Shown here: positions 10,159 to 18,898 of the stretch, in pieces
How the letters are laid out: every line of letters starts with the position of its first letter
Numbering within the stretch: position 1 is the stretch's first letter
Source of the DNA: Microbacterium sp.
GTDB taxonomy: Bacteria > Actinomycetota > Actinomycetes > Actinomycetales > Microbacteriaceae
Direction of reading: 5' to 3'
Assembly: GCF_035556355.1 (NCBI RefSeq)
Contig: NZ_DATMFG010000054.1
Location: 175,367 to 239,366 of the forward strand
DNA: 64,000 nt
Notes under the pieces: generated by a model
What the model was told of the DNA's origin: nothing
Database searches by the model: none
What the model saw: only the letters and a program-made list of their open reading frames with translations
Made by a program: the position numbers and the translations under genes

Positions 10159-11310
10159 ATGGACCACCACAATCTCACCGAGGACGAGCGTCAGCTCGCC
10201 GCGATGGTGCGGGACTTCGCCGAAGAGGTCGTCGCACCCCGCTCGTACGAGGCCGACCGCACGAAGACGCTGCCGCTCGAGGTCGTGAAGCAGATGGGCG
10301 ACCTCGGGCTGTTCGGTCTGCCGTTCCCCGAGGAGTACGGCGGGCAGGGAGGCGACTACTTCGCGCTGTGCCTCGCGATCGAGGCGCTCGGGCGCGTCGA
10401 CCAGTCCATCGCCATCACGCTCGAAGCGGGCGTGAGCCTCGGCGCGATGCCGATCTTCCGCTTCGGCACCGAGGAGCAGAAACAGGAGCATCTTCCCGAT
10501 CTCACGGCGGGTCGCGCACTCGCGGGGTTCGGGCTTACCGAGCCGGAGGCGGGATCCGACGCCGGAGCGACGCGCACGACCGCGCGCCTCGAGGACGGCG
10601 AGTGGGTCATCGACGGGTCGAAGCAGTTCATCACGAACTCCGGCACCGCCATCACGCGCTTCGTGACGGTCACCGCGGTCACGGGACAGCAGGACGGCCG
10701 CAAGGAGATCTCGACGATCATCGTGCCCAACGGCACTCCCGGCTTCACCGTCGAGCCCGCGTACGACAAGGTCGGCTGGAACGCGTCCGACACGCATCCG
10801 CTGACGTTCCAGGGCGCGCGTGTTCCGGAGGGCAACCTGCTGGGGGAGCGCGGCCGCGGATTCGCGAACTTCCTGCACATCCTCGACGAGGGCCGCATCG
10901 CGATCGCCGCCCTCGCGACGGGTGCCGCCGAGGGCTGCCTCGAAGCTGCCGTCGACTACGCGAACAAGCGCGTCGTGTTCGGCGACACGCTGTCTAAGCG
11001 GCAGGGCATCCAGTTCACGATCGCGCGGATGCAGGCGCGCGTGCACACCGCGCGCCTCGCGTGGCACCACGCGGCGCGCCTCCGCGACGCAGGCAAGCCG
11101 TTCAAGACCGAGGCGGCCATAGCGAAGCTCACGGCGAGCGACGCGGCGATGGACAACGCGCGCGACGCGACGCAGATCTTCGGCGGCAACGGCTTCATGA
11201 ACGAGTTCCCCGTGGCCCGCCACTACCGTGACTCCAAGATCCTCGAGATCGGCGAGGGCACGAACGAGGTGCAGCTCCTCGTCATCTCGCGCGCATTGGG
11301 GCTCGAATGA
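10159..11310 (+). CDS. Acyl-CoA dehydrogenase (isovaleryl-CoA dehydrogenase/FadE19-like)
   Basis: FGLTEPEAGSDA, GSKQFITN, QIFGGNGF, EIGEGTNEVQ. Confidence 0.9.
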   Translation: MDHHNLTEDERQLAAMVRDFAEEVVAPRSYEADRTKTLPLEVVKQMGDLGLFGLPFPEEYGGQGGDYFALCLAIEALGRVDQSIAITLEAGVSLGAMPIFRFGTEEQKQEHLPDLTAGRALAGFGLTEPEAGSDAGATRTTARLEDGEWVIDGSKQFITNSGTAITRFVTVTAVTGQQDGRKEISTIIVPNGTPGFTVEPAYDKVGWNASDTHPLTFQGARVPEGNLLGERGRGFANFLHILDEGRIAIAALATGAAEGCLEAAVDYANKRVVFGDTLSKRQGIQFTIARMQARVHTARLAWHHAARLRDAGKPFKTEAAIAKLTASDAAMDNARDATQIFGGNGFMNEFPVARHYRDSKILEIGEGTNEVQLLVISRALGLE

Positions 11311-11855
11311 GCGACCCGTCGAACTCCACCCGCTCCGACGGTAGCGTGACGAGGGTGACCGGCGAGCCGATCGTGCAGCGCGGGCTCTACTACGACGAGC
11401 TCGAGGTCGGTGCGCGCTACGTGCACCGACCGGGCCGCACCGCGACCGAGGCCGACAACGTCCTGTTCTCGACCCTCACGATGAACACCCAGGCGCTGCA
11501 CCTCGACGCCGCGCACTCCGAATCGCGGCCGTTCGGACAGCGGCTCATGAACTCGATGTGGACGCTGTCGACGATGGTCGGGGCATCCGTCTCGCAGCTC
11601 ACGCAGGGCACGCTCGTCGCTCAACTGGGGATGACCGACATCTCGTTCCCCGCACCGCTCTTCCACGGCGACACCCTCTACACCGAGACCGAGGTCGTCG
11701 AGAAGCGCCTGTCGAAGTCGCGCCCCGGGCAGGGCATCGTGACGCTGAGGCACACGGGGCGCAACCAGCACGGAGAGGTCGTCGGCGTCGCGACGCGCGT
11801 CGCGCTCATGTGGTGCGCGCCGTCGACGGAACAGAGCCCAGGAGGAGACGCGTGA
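11307..11855 (+). CDS. MaoC family (R)-specific enoyl-CoA hydratase
   Basis: RTATEADNVLFSTLTMNTQALHLDA, PLFHGDTLY hot-dog motif. Confidence 0.85.
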   Translation: MSDPSNSTRSDGSVTRVTGEPIVQRGLYYDELEVGARYVHRPGRTATEADNVLFSTLTMNTQALHLDAAHSESRPFGQRLMNSMWTLSTMVGASVSQLTQGTLVAQLGMTDISFPAPLFHGDTLYTETEVVEKRLSKSRPGQGIVTLRHTGRNQHGEVVGVATRVALMWCAPSTEQSPGGDA

Positions 11856-12670
11856 CCGGAACACCGTTCGATCTCGGCCCCGCGCTGCTGTTCTGTCCCG
11901 CGGATCGTCCCGAGCGCTTCGAGAAGGCGCTCGACCGCTCGGACGGCGTGATCCTCGATCTCGAGGACGCGGTGAGCGCGGATGCCAAGGCGGCGGCGCG
12001 CGGCGCGGTGATCGAGTCCGAGCTCGACCCTTCGCGCGTCATCGTGCGGGTCAATCCGCTCGACAGCGACGCGATCGTCGCGGATCTGTCGTCGCTGTCG
12101 CAGACCGACTACCGGACGATCATGGTCGCGAAGGCCGAATCGCCCAAGAGGATCGGCCGGCTCGACCCGCGCTTCCGCGTGATCGCGCTGTGCGAGACCG
12201 CGCGCGGTGTGCAGGCGGCAGAGCGCATCGCGGCCCTCGACAACGTCGTGGGGCTCATGTGGGGAGCCGAGGACCTCGTCGCATCGCTCGGCGGCACCGC
12301 GAGCCGCAACAAGCGCGGGCGGTACCGCGATGTGGCGCGCTACGCGCGCAGCCGCGTGCTCATCGCCGCGGGAGCGCGGCGCAAGGCGGCGATCGACGCC
12401 GTGCACCTCGACATCGCAGACCTCAAGGGCCTGCGACGCGAGGCGCGCGATGCCGCCGCGAGCGGCTTCACGGCCACGGCATGCATCCACCCGAGCCATG
12501 TGCCGGTGATTCGCGAGGCGTATCGTCCGGACGACGATCTCCTCGCGTGGGCGCAGGGTGTGCTCGCGGCGGCCGAGCACAAGGGCGGCGTGTTCCGACA
12601 TGAGGGACGCATGGTCGACGAGCCCGTGCTCCGCCACGCGCGCGGGATCGTGCGTCGCGCGGAGTCCTGA
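11852..12670 (+). CDS. citE: CitE-like CoA-ester lyase (HpcH/HpaI family)
   Basis: LLFCPADRPERFEKA, DLEDAV, VRVN, CETARG, WGAEDL; GTG start overlapping the MaoC stop. Confidence 0.85.
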   Translation: MTGTPFDLGPALLFCPADRPERFEKALDRSDGVILDLEDAVSADAKAAARGAVIESELDPSRVIVRVNPLDSDAIVADLSSLSQTDYRTIMVAKAESPKRIGRLDPRFRVIALCETARGVQAAERIAALDNVVGLMWGAEDLVASLGGTASRNKRGRYRDVARYARSRVLIAAGARRKAAIDAVHLDIADLKGLRREARDAAASGFTATACIHPSHVPVIREAYRPDDDLLAWAQGVLAAAEHKGGVFRHEGRMVDEPVLRHARGIVRRAES

Positions 12671-12684
12671 GCCCCGCCATGGGG

Positions 12685-12739
12685 GCTGAGCGAGCGCAGC
12701 GCCCTTCGTCTCGTCGCTGCACTCCTCGCTCAGGGACCG
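12685..12739 (-). repeat. REP-like element (inverted copy plus half copy) between convergent citE and sirtuin genes
   Basis: Reverse complement of 12702-12739 = CGGTCCCTGAGCGAGGAGTGCAGCGACGAGACGAAGGG; 12685-12701 GCTGAGCGAGCGCAGCG matches the core of the 8069 copy. Confidence 0.6.
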
Positions 12740-12747
12740 GGGGAAGG

Positions 12748-13593
12748 TCAGCCCTCGAGCGCATCGGCGAGAGCCGAGAGCACCTCGCTCGTGCCGGCGT
12801 CGATCTTCACGGTGGCGCGGGCGTCGCCGCGCGTCTGCCCGCGGTTGACGATCACCACGGGCATCCGTCGCCGCCGTGCACGCTCGAGCAGCCGGATGCC
12901 CGAGTTCACGACGAGCGATGAGCCGGCGATCACGAGGGCATCGCTCGCGTGGACGAGCTGCTCGGCCTCGCGGAACTTCTCGGCGGGGATGAACTCGCCG
13001 AAGAACACGACATCGGGCTTGAGCACGCCCCCGCACACGGTGCACGACGGTACCCGGAAGTCCTCCCAGCTCTCCGGCAGCACGTCGCCGTCGGGGCCGA
13101 GCTTCACGTTCTCGGGCACGACGATCCACGGGTTGTCGGCCTCGACACGCACCGCCAGATCGCGGCGGTCGAACACCTGCCCGCAATGCGTGCAGAACAC
13201 GCGGCGCATCGTTCCGTGCAGCTCGACGACGCGGCGGCTGCCTGCGCGCACGTGGAGCCCGTCGACGTTCTGCGTGATGACACCCGACACGATGCCGCGC
13301 TCCTCGAGACTCGCGATCGCGCGGTGGCCGGCGTTCGGCTCGGCGGCCGCGAAGGCGCGCCAGCCGAGGTGGCTGCCGACCCAGTATCGGCGCCGGGCGG
13401 CGTCGCTCGAGAGGTACTGGTCCACGGTCATGGGCGTGCGCCGCGGCGCGCCCTCGCCGCGGTAGTCGGGGATGCCGGAATCCGTCGAGACGCCCGCCCC
13501 CGTCAGAACGGCGATCCGACGGCCCGACAGCGCGGTGAGCGCCGCGTCGAGCTGCTGCGCGGGAAGCGCGGCAAGGTGCGTTGCGATGCTCAC
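12748..13593 (-). CDS. NAD-dependent protein deacylase, Sir2 family (class II/SIRT4-like)
   Basis: GAGVSTDSGIPDYRG, RRRYWVGSHLGW, TQNVDGLH, ELHG, CxxC..CxxC, KPDVVFFGE, GSSL. Confidence 0.9.
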   Translation of the reverse strand: MSIATHLAALPAQQLDAALTALSGRRIAVLTGAGVSTDSGIPDYRGEGAPRRTPMTVDQYLSSDAARRRYWVGSHLGWRAFAAAEPNAGHRAIASLEERGIVSGVITQNVDGLHVRAGSRRVVELHGTMRRVFCTHCGQVFDRRDLAVRVEADNPWIVVPENVKLGPDGDVLPESWEDFRVPSCTVCGGVLKPDVVFFGEFIPAEKFREAEQLVHASDALVIAGSSLVVNSGIRLLERARRRRMPVVIVNRGQTRGDARATVKIDAGTSEVLSALADALEG

Positions 13594-13617
13594 GGATCAC
13601 CCCCTCCGCTCGCGAGT

Positions 13618-14457
13618 CTAGGTCTCGTCGTTTTCGGGCATGTTACGCCGGTCGCGGGCTGTGAGCTCCCACAGCGCGACCGCGGACGCCGCGGCGACGT
13701 TGAGCGAGTCGACGCCCCCGCGCATCGGGATCGTCACGGTGACGTCGGCCGCCTCGAGCGCCGCACGGCTCAGGCCGTCGCCTTCAGCGCCCAGCATGAG
13801 CGCGACCTTGCGCGGCGCATCCGCAGCGAACCTGTCGAGCGGCACCGCGTCGTCGGCCAACGCGAGGGCCGCGAGCCGGAAGCCTGCGTCGTGCAGCAGT
13901 TCGCGCGCCACGGGCCACTCGGGAATGCGCGTCCACGGCACCTGGAACACCGTCCCCATGCTCACCCGCACGCTCCGCCGGTACAGGGGGTCGGCGCAGC
14001 GCGGGCTCACGAGCACCGCATCGGCGCCGAGGCCTGCGGCACCGCGGAAGATGGCGCCGACGTTCGTGTGATCCACGATGTCGTCGAGCACCACGACCAC
14101 GCGCGCACCCTCGACGATCGCGCCCACCGTCGCGAGCGGCGGGCGGTGCATCGCCGCGAGGGCTCCGCGGTGCACGGCGTAGCCCGTGAGGTGCTCGGCG
14201 ACTTCTGCGGGCACGACGAAGATCGGGGCATCCGGATGCGGCGCCGCCAGCCGCTCGATGTCGGGCAGCCACTTGTCCTGCACGAGGAAGGATCGCGGCG
14301 TGTGGCCCGCCGCGAGCGCGCGTGCGATGACCTTCGACGATTCGGCGATGTACAGGCCGCCCTCGGGCTCGAGCACGCGGCGCAGCGCGACATCGGTGAG
14401 ATCGCGGTAGTCGGCGAGCCGCGCATCGGCGGGGTCGTCGACGCGCACGACCGGCAT
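13618..14457 (-). CDS. TrmH/SpoU family RNA methyltransferase
   Basis: DHTNVGAIFR, GAEGDGLS, IPMRGGVDSLNVAAASAV. Confidence 0.9.
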   Translation of the reverse strand: MPVVRVDDPADARLADYRDLTDVALRRVLEPEGGLYIAESSKVIARALAAGHTPRSFLVQDKWLPDIERLAAPHPDAPIFVVPAEVAEHLTGYAVHRGALAAMHRPPLATVGAIVEGARVVVVLDDIVDHTNVGAIFRGAAGLGADAVLVSPRCADPLYRRSVRVSMGTVFQVPWTRIPEWPVARELLHDAGFRLAALALADDAVPLDRFAADAPRKVALMLGAEGDGLSRAALEAADVTVTIPMRGGVDSLNVAAASAVALWELTARDRRNMPENDET

Positions 14458-14464
14458 GGCGCCC

Positions 14465-15364
14465 CTACACCCGGTCGTCGCGCGTCGCGGCGGCGTCGTC
14501 AGCCGCCGCCATGGGCTTCGGTGCGTCGTCGCCCTTGCCCGGTGCGAGGGTCGTCACGGGGAGAGGCGACGGGCGCTTCGCCGTGACGTTGTCGCCGGAC
14601 GACTGGTGACGCAGGCGGCGCAGCACCCACGGCACGAGGTGCTCGCGGGCCCACACGAGGTCGTGTGCACGCGCTTCGCGCCAAGTGCGACGCGGCAGAG
14701 GATCGGGCTGCATCGGCTGCAGGTCGTTCGGCACGTTGAGCGCACGAAGCACCATGCGGGCGACCTCGTGGTGACCGAGCGAGTTCAGGTGGAGTCGGTC
14801 GTCGTCGAAGAACCTCGGGTCCTGGATCTCCTTGAGGGCCCACTGGTCGGCGACGATGCAGTCGTAGCGGTCGGCGATGGCGCGGACGTTCTCGTTGTAG
14901 ATGGCGATCTTGCCGCGGAACGGCCGGAACACCGGCGTGAAGTTCGTGTCGATGCCCGTGAACACCACGACGGTCGCGCCCCCGCTGCTGAGCCGGATGA
15001 CCGCGTCCTCGAACTGGCCCGCGATCTCGTCGGGGTCGGTGCCCGGCCGGATCACGTCGTTGCCGCCCGCGCAGAACGTGATCAGGTCGGGCTTGAGCTC
15101 GAGCGCCGGATCGACCTGTTCGGCGACGATCTGGGCGATGAGCTTGCCGCGCACGGCGAGGTTCGCGTACGCGAAGTCGTCGACCTGCTGCGACAGCACC
15201 TCGGCGACGCGGTCCGCCCAGCCACGGTGCCCTCCCGGGCTGTTCGGCTCGGGATCGCCGATGCCCTCGGTGAACGAGTCGCCGAGCGCGACGTAGCGGC
15301 GCCATGGGTGGGGCTGCGCGTTCGCGACGTACGGAGTGCGCGGATCGTCTTCGTTCGTCATCAT
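14465..15364 (-). CDS. SGNH/GDSL hydrolase
   Basis: GDSFTEG, NLAVRG, GGND, DRLH blocks. Confidence 0.88.
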   Translation of the reverse strand: MMTNEDDPRTPYVANAQPHPWRRYVALGDSFTEGIGDPEPNSPGGHRGWADRVAEVLSQQVDDFAYANLAVRGKLIAQIVAEQVDPALELKPDLITFCAGGNDVIRPGTDPDEIAGQFEDAVIRLSSGGATVVVFTGIDTNFTPVFRPFRGKIAIYNENVRAIADRYDCIVADQWALKEIQDPRFFDDDRLHLNSLGHHEVARMVLRALNVPNDLQPMQPDPLPRRTWREARAHDLVWAREHLVPWVLRRLRHQSSGDNVTAKRPSPLPVTTLAPGKGDDAPKPMAAADDAAATRDDRV

Positions 15365-15480
15365 CTTCCTCGCTTGTGGCCGGTTACGAGGTTAGCCCGC
15401 CTCGCGGACGTCTGCGCCGACGCGTCGCCGGCCTCGTCTATCGTGGTGACTCGTTGTGCCGAGACGAGGGGAGGGCGTCG

Positions 15481-17376
15481 ATGGACGACGAGGCGCTGGT
15501 CGCCGAGCACGCGACCGACACCGAGTCGTTTGACCACAGACATGCGGATGCCGCGCACCACGGCACCCGTCACATCGGGTCCTTCGCCGCCGAGCACCTG
15601 TCGCCGTCGTTCCCGCAGCGTGCCCCGTGGGGCACCGCGCAGCGCCTCCGCGCGTGGCAGGCCGAGGCTCTCGACCTGTACTTCAGCCTCGACGGTCCGG
15701 ACGGCCCCGGCGCGGGTCCGCGCGACTTCCTCGCCGCCGCGACCCCCGGCGCCGGAAAGACGACGTTCGCCCTCCGGCTCGCGAGCGAGCTGCTGCGCCG
15801 CCGGGTGGTCGACCGCATCATCGTCGTCGCGCCCACCGAGCACCTCAAGACCCAATGGGCGGATGCGGCGGCCCGTGTGTCGATCCGACTCGACCCCGCC
15901 TTCTCGAACCGCCACGTCGCCCCCGCGCGCCACTACCACGGGGTGGCCGTCACCTACGCGCAGGTGGCGGTCAAGGCATCCGTCCATCAGCGCCTCACGC
16001 TCGATGCGCGCACGCTCGTGATCCTCGATGAGGTGCACCACGGCGGCGACGCGCTCAGCTGGGGCGATGCGCTGCGCGAGGCGTACTCGCGCGCGACGCG
16101 GCGGCTGCTGCTGTCGGGGACGCCGTTCCGCAGCGACACCGCGCCGATCCCGTTCGTCGAGTACCACCCCGACGAGAAGGGCATCCGCGTCTCGCGCACC
16201 GACTACAGCTACGGCTACGCGCGAGCCCTCGAGGACGGCGTCGTGCGCCCGGTGATCTTCCTCGTGTACGCGGGCTCGATGCGCTGGCGCACCAAGACCG
16301 GCGACGAGATGGAAGCGCAGCTCGGGCAGGACAACACGAAGGACGTCACCGCGCAGGCATGGCGTACCGCGCTCGACCCGGCGGGGGAGTGGATCCCGGC
16401 CGTGCTGCGGTCGGCCGACCGGCGCCTCAGCGAGGTGCGCGAGCAGGTGCCGGATGCCGGCGGCCTCGTCATCGCGACCGATCAGACCGCCGCGCGCGCC
16501 TACGCCGAGATCCTGCGCGGCATCACCGGCGAGGCACCCACTGTCGTGCTCTCCGACGAGGCCGAGGCGTCGTCGCGCATCGAGGAGTTCTCGCAGGGCA
16601 CGTCGCGGTGGATGGTCGCGGTCCGCATGGTGTCGGAGGGTGTCGACGTTCCGCGGCTGTGCGTCGGCGTCTACGCGACGAGCGCCTCGACCCCGCTCTT
16701 CTTCGCGCAGGCGATCGGCCGGTTCGTGCGCGCACGCCGGCGCGGCGAGACCGCGAGCGTGTTCCTCCCGAACGTTCCGCAGCTGCTCGCCCTCGCGAAC
16801 GAGCTCGAGCGTCAGCGAGATCACGCGCTGGACCGCGACACCGACGGCGACGACGAGTGGAACGCCGAGGAGGACCTGCTCGCGGCGGCGGAGCGGGAGG
16901 ACAAGGCATCCGATGCTCTCACCGAGGAGTTCTCGTTCCAGGCACTCGGCTCCGCCGCGCACTTCGACCGCGTGCTCTACGACGGGCGCGAGTTCGGGCA
17001 GCTCGCGGTGCCCGGAACGCCCGAAGAGGAGGAGTTCCTGGGCCTGCCCGGACTGCTCGAGCCCGAGCACGTCCATGAGCTGCTCATGCAGCGCCAGGCG
17101 CGTCAGGGAAGGCACCGCAAGGCGCGCGAGGCACGGCAAGCGGTCGCGGGAACCCCGGTGGAGCCCGCGCCGCCGCCCGCGCTCCACCGCACCCTCAAGG
17201 AGCAGCGACAGCTTCTGAACAGCCTCGTGGGGCTCTACGCGCGCCAGTCGGGCGAGCCGCACGGCGCCGTGCACGCCGAGCTTCGACGGATCTGCGGCGG
17301 ACCGCCCGTCGCTCAGGCCACCGTCGCCCAGCTGCAGGCGCGCATCGACGTGCTGCGCAAGCGCGTGCGCTCCTGA
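15481..17376 (+). CDS. Superfamily II (DEAD/DEAH-like) helicase
   Basis: ATPGAGKT, DEVHH, SGTPFR, MVSEGVDVP, QAIGRFVR; start uncertain. Confidence 0.85.
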   Translation: MDDEALVAEHATDTESFDHRHADAAHHGTRHIGSFAAEHLSPSFPQRAPWGTAQRLRAWQAEALDLYFSLDGPDGPGAGPRDFLAAATPGAGKTTFALRLASELLRRRVVDRIIVVAPTEHLKTQWADAAARVSIRLDPAFSNRHVAPARHYHGVAVTYAQVAVKASVHQRLTLDARTLVILDEVHHGGDALSWGDALREAYSRATRRLLLSGTPFRSDTAPIPFVEYHPDEKGIRVSRTDYSYGYARALEDGVVRPVIFLVYAGSMRWRTKTGDEMEAQLGQDNTKDVTAQAWRTALDPAGEWIPAVLRSADRRLSEVREQVPDAGGLVIATDQTAARAYAEILRGITGEAPTVVLSDEAEASSRIEEFSQGTSRWMVAVRMVSEGVDVPRLCVGVYATSASTPLFFAQAIGRFVRARRRGETASVFLPNVPQLLALANELERQRDHALDRDTDGDDEWNAEEDLLAAAEREDKASDALTEEFSFQALGSAAHFDRVLYDGREFGQLAVPGTPEEEEFLGLPGLLEPEHVHELLMQRQARQGRHRKAREARQAVAGTPVEPAPPPALHRTLKEQRQLLNSLVGLYARQSGEPHGAVHAELRRICGGPPVAQATVAQLQARIDVLRKRVRS

Positions 17377-17390
17377 ACCGCCCGCGACGC

Positions 17391-17411
17391 CGGGGCTCGT
17401 TCGGAGCCCCG
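17391..17411 (+). terminator. Stem-loop after the helicase gene
   Basis: CGGGGCTC-GTTCG-GAGCCCCG. Confidence 0.55.
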
Positions 17412-17505
17412 AAATGCTGTCAATCCGCGAGATCGCGGGGCTGCACGGCGTGCTCCCGGCTAGCGTGGAGGCGACCCCCGGCCCCGAATCCTCAGAGGAG
17501 GACCG

Positions 17506-18618
17506 TTGAGCGCGCCCGCCGCACACCATCCTGCGCCTTCGCCCGCGCCGAGCGAACGCGACCGGAGGCGCTGGGCGCGGTTCCTCGTCGACGAGCGTGC
17601 CGAGGCGCGCCTGTACCGCCAGCTGGCGAGCCGGCGCACGGGGGAGGAGCGCGCCATCCTCGAGGCCCTCGCCGACGCGGAGGGGCGGCACGAGGCGCAC
17701 TGGCTCGAGCTGCTGGGCGGCGAGCCCAAGCGCCTTCCGCGGCGCAGCCTCGACACGGTCGTGCTCGGATGGATGGCGAAGCGCTTCGGGTGGATCTTCG
17801 TGCTCGCGCTCGCGCAGAACGCAGAGCGGCGATCGCCCTACGACGACGAGCCGTTCGCGACGGCGGCCATGGCGGCGGACGAGAAGATCCACGGCGAGGT
17901 CATCCGCACACTGGCCGCTCGTGGGCGCCGTCGCCTGTCGGGAACCTTCCGCGCGGCGGTCTTCGGCGCGAACGACGGTCTCGTCTCGAACCTCGCGCTC
18001 GTCATGGGCATCGGTGCGACGGGCGTCGCATCCCAGTTCGTGCTCTTCAGCGGCATCGCGGGCCTCCTCGCGGGCGCTCTGTCGATGGGCGCGGGCGAGT
18101 TCGTGTCGGTGCGATCGCAGCGCGAGCTGCTGTCGGCGACCGAGCCCAACGACGACGCCCAGCACGCCCTCATCGACCTCGACCTCGACGCGAACGAGCT
18201 GGCTCTGGTCTATCGGGCGCGAGGGATGAGCGAAGCGGATGCCACGGCCCGCGCCCGCCGCGTGATCCAGGTCGCCCAGGGGAGTGAGGCAGACTCCGCG
18301 GTCACGGCGCCGATCGGCACGCACGACGACAACGAGGTGGTCGGACGGGCCTGGGGGGCGGCGATCTCGAGCTTCCTGTTCTTCGCCTCCGGAGCGATCA
18401 TCCCCGTGCTGCCGTGGATCTTCGGTCTGAGCGGCCTCGCCGCGGTGATCACGGCTCTCGTGCTCGTCGGGATCGCTCTCATGCTCACCGGCGCGACGGT
18501 CGGGGTGCTGTCGGGCGGTCCGCCCCTCAAGCGCGCCCTCCGGCAGCTCGCGATCGGCTACGGCGCCGCGGCGGTGACGTACGCGCTCGGGCTCCTGTTC
18601 GGCGTGACACTGGGGTGA
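17506..18618 (+). CDS. VIT1/CCC1 transporter with N-terminal ferritin-like domain
   Basis: ExxH/DExxH helices (AEGRHEAHW, DEKIHGE) followed by AVFGANDGLVSN..GALSMGAGEFVSV; TTG start with GAGGAGG RBS. Confidence 0.85.
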   Translation: MSAPAAHHPAPSPAPSERDRRRWARFLVDERAEARLYRQLASRRTGEERAILEALADAEGRHEAHWLELLGGEPKRLPRRSLDTVVLGWMAKRFGWIFVLALAQNAERRSPYDDEPFATAAMAADEKIHGEVIRTLAARGRRRLSGTFRAAVFGANDGLVSNLALVMGIGATGVASQFVLFSGIAGLLAGALSMGAGEFVSVRSQRELLSATEPNDDAQHALIDLDLDANELALVYRARGMSEADATARARRVIQVAQGSEADSAVTAPIGTHDDNEVVGRAWGAAISSFLFFASGAIIPVLPWIFGLSGLAAVITALVLVGIALMLTGATVGVLSGGPPLKRALRQLAIGYGAAAVTYALGLLFGVTLG

Positions 18619-18698
18619 CCGGGGCGAGCCGCTCGATTCGTTCCGGAGCGCCGAACGTGCTATCGTCGATCCTCGGTTGCGAAACCGAAAACCACCTC

Positions 18699-18783
18699 GC
18701 GCGGGTGGCGGAATAGGTAGACGCGCTAGCTTGAGGTGCTAGTGCCCGTATAGGGCGTGGGGGTTCAAGTCCCCCCTCGCGCA
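18699..18783 (+). tRNA. tRNA-Leu(GAG)
   Basis: Acceptor GCGCGGG/CTCGCGC, anticodon arm CTAGC-TTGAGGT-GCTAG, long variable arm, GTTCAAGTC T-loop; CCA not encoded. Confidence 0.95.
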
Positions 18784-18788
18784 CAAGC

Positions 18789-18872
18789 AATCTGGGCCCC
18801 TTTCGAGGGGCCCAGATTCGTTTCGATGCTCGTTCCAGACAGCGTGAAGGCCCCCTCGCAGTGGGGGCCTTC
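18789..18872 (+). terminator. Two consecutive hairpins after tRNA-Leu(GAG)
   Basis: AATCTGGGCCCCT-TTCG-AGGGGCCCAGATT (18789-18818) and GAAGGCCCCC-N7-GGGGGCCTTC (18846-18872). Confidence 0.7.
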
Positions 18873-18898
18873 GTCGTCGAGAGGATAGGTTGGAGCGC

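Noticed and set aside
15421-15446. CGTCGC-N10-TATCGT upstream of the helicase as a PafBC box
   Set aside because: Only 4/6 match to TGTCGG; likely by chance at this GC content
15481-17376. SF2 helicase as a type III restriction or other defence system
   Set aside because: No methyltransferase, nuclease motif or partner defence gene nearby; looks like a stand-alone actinobacterial helicase
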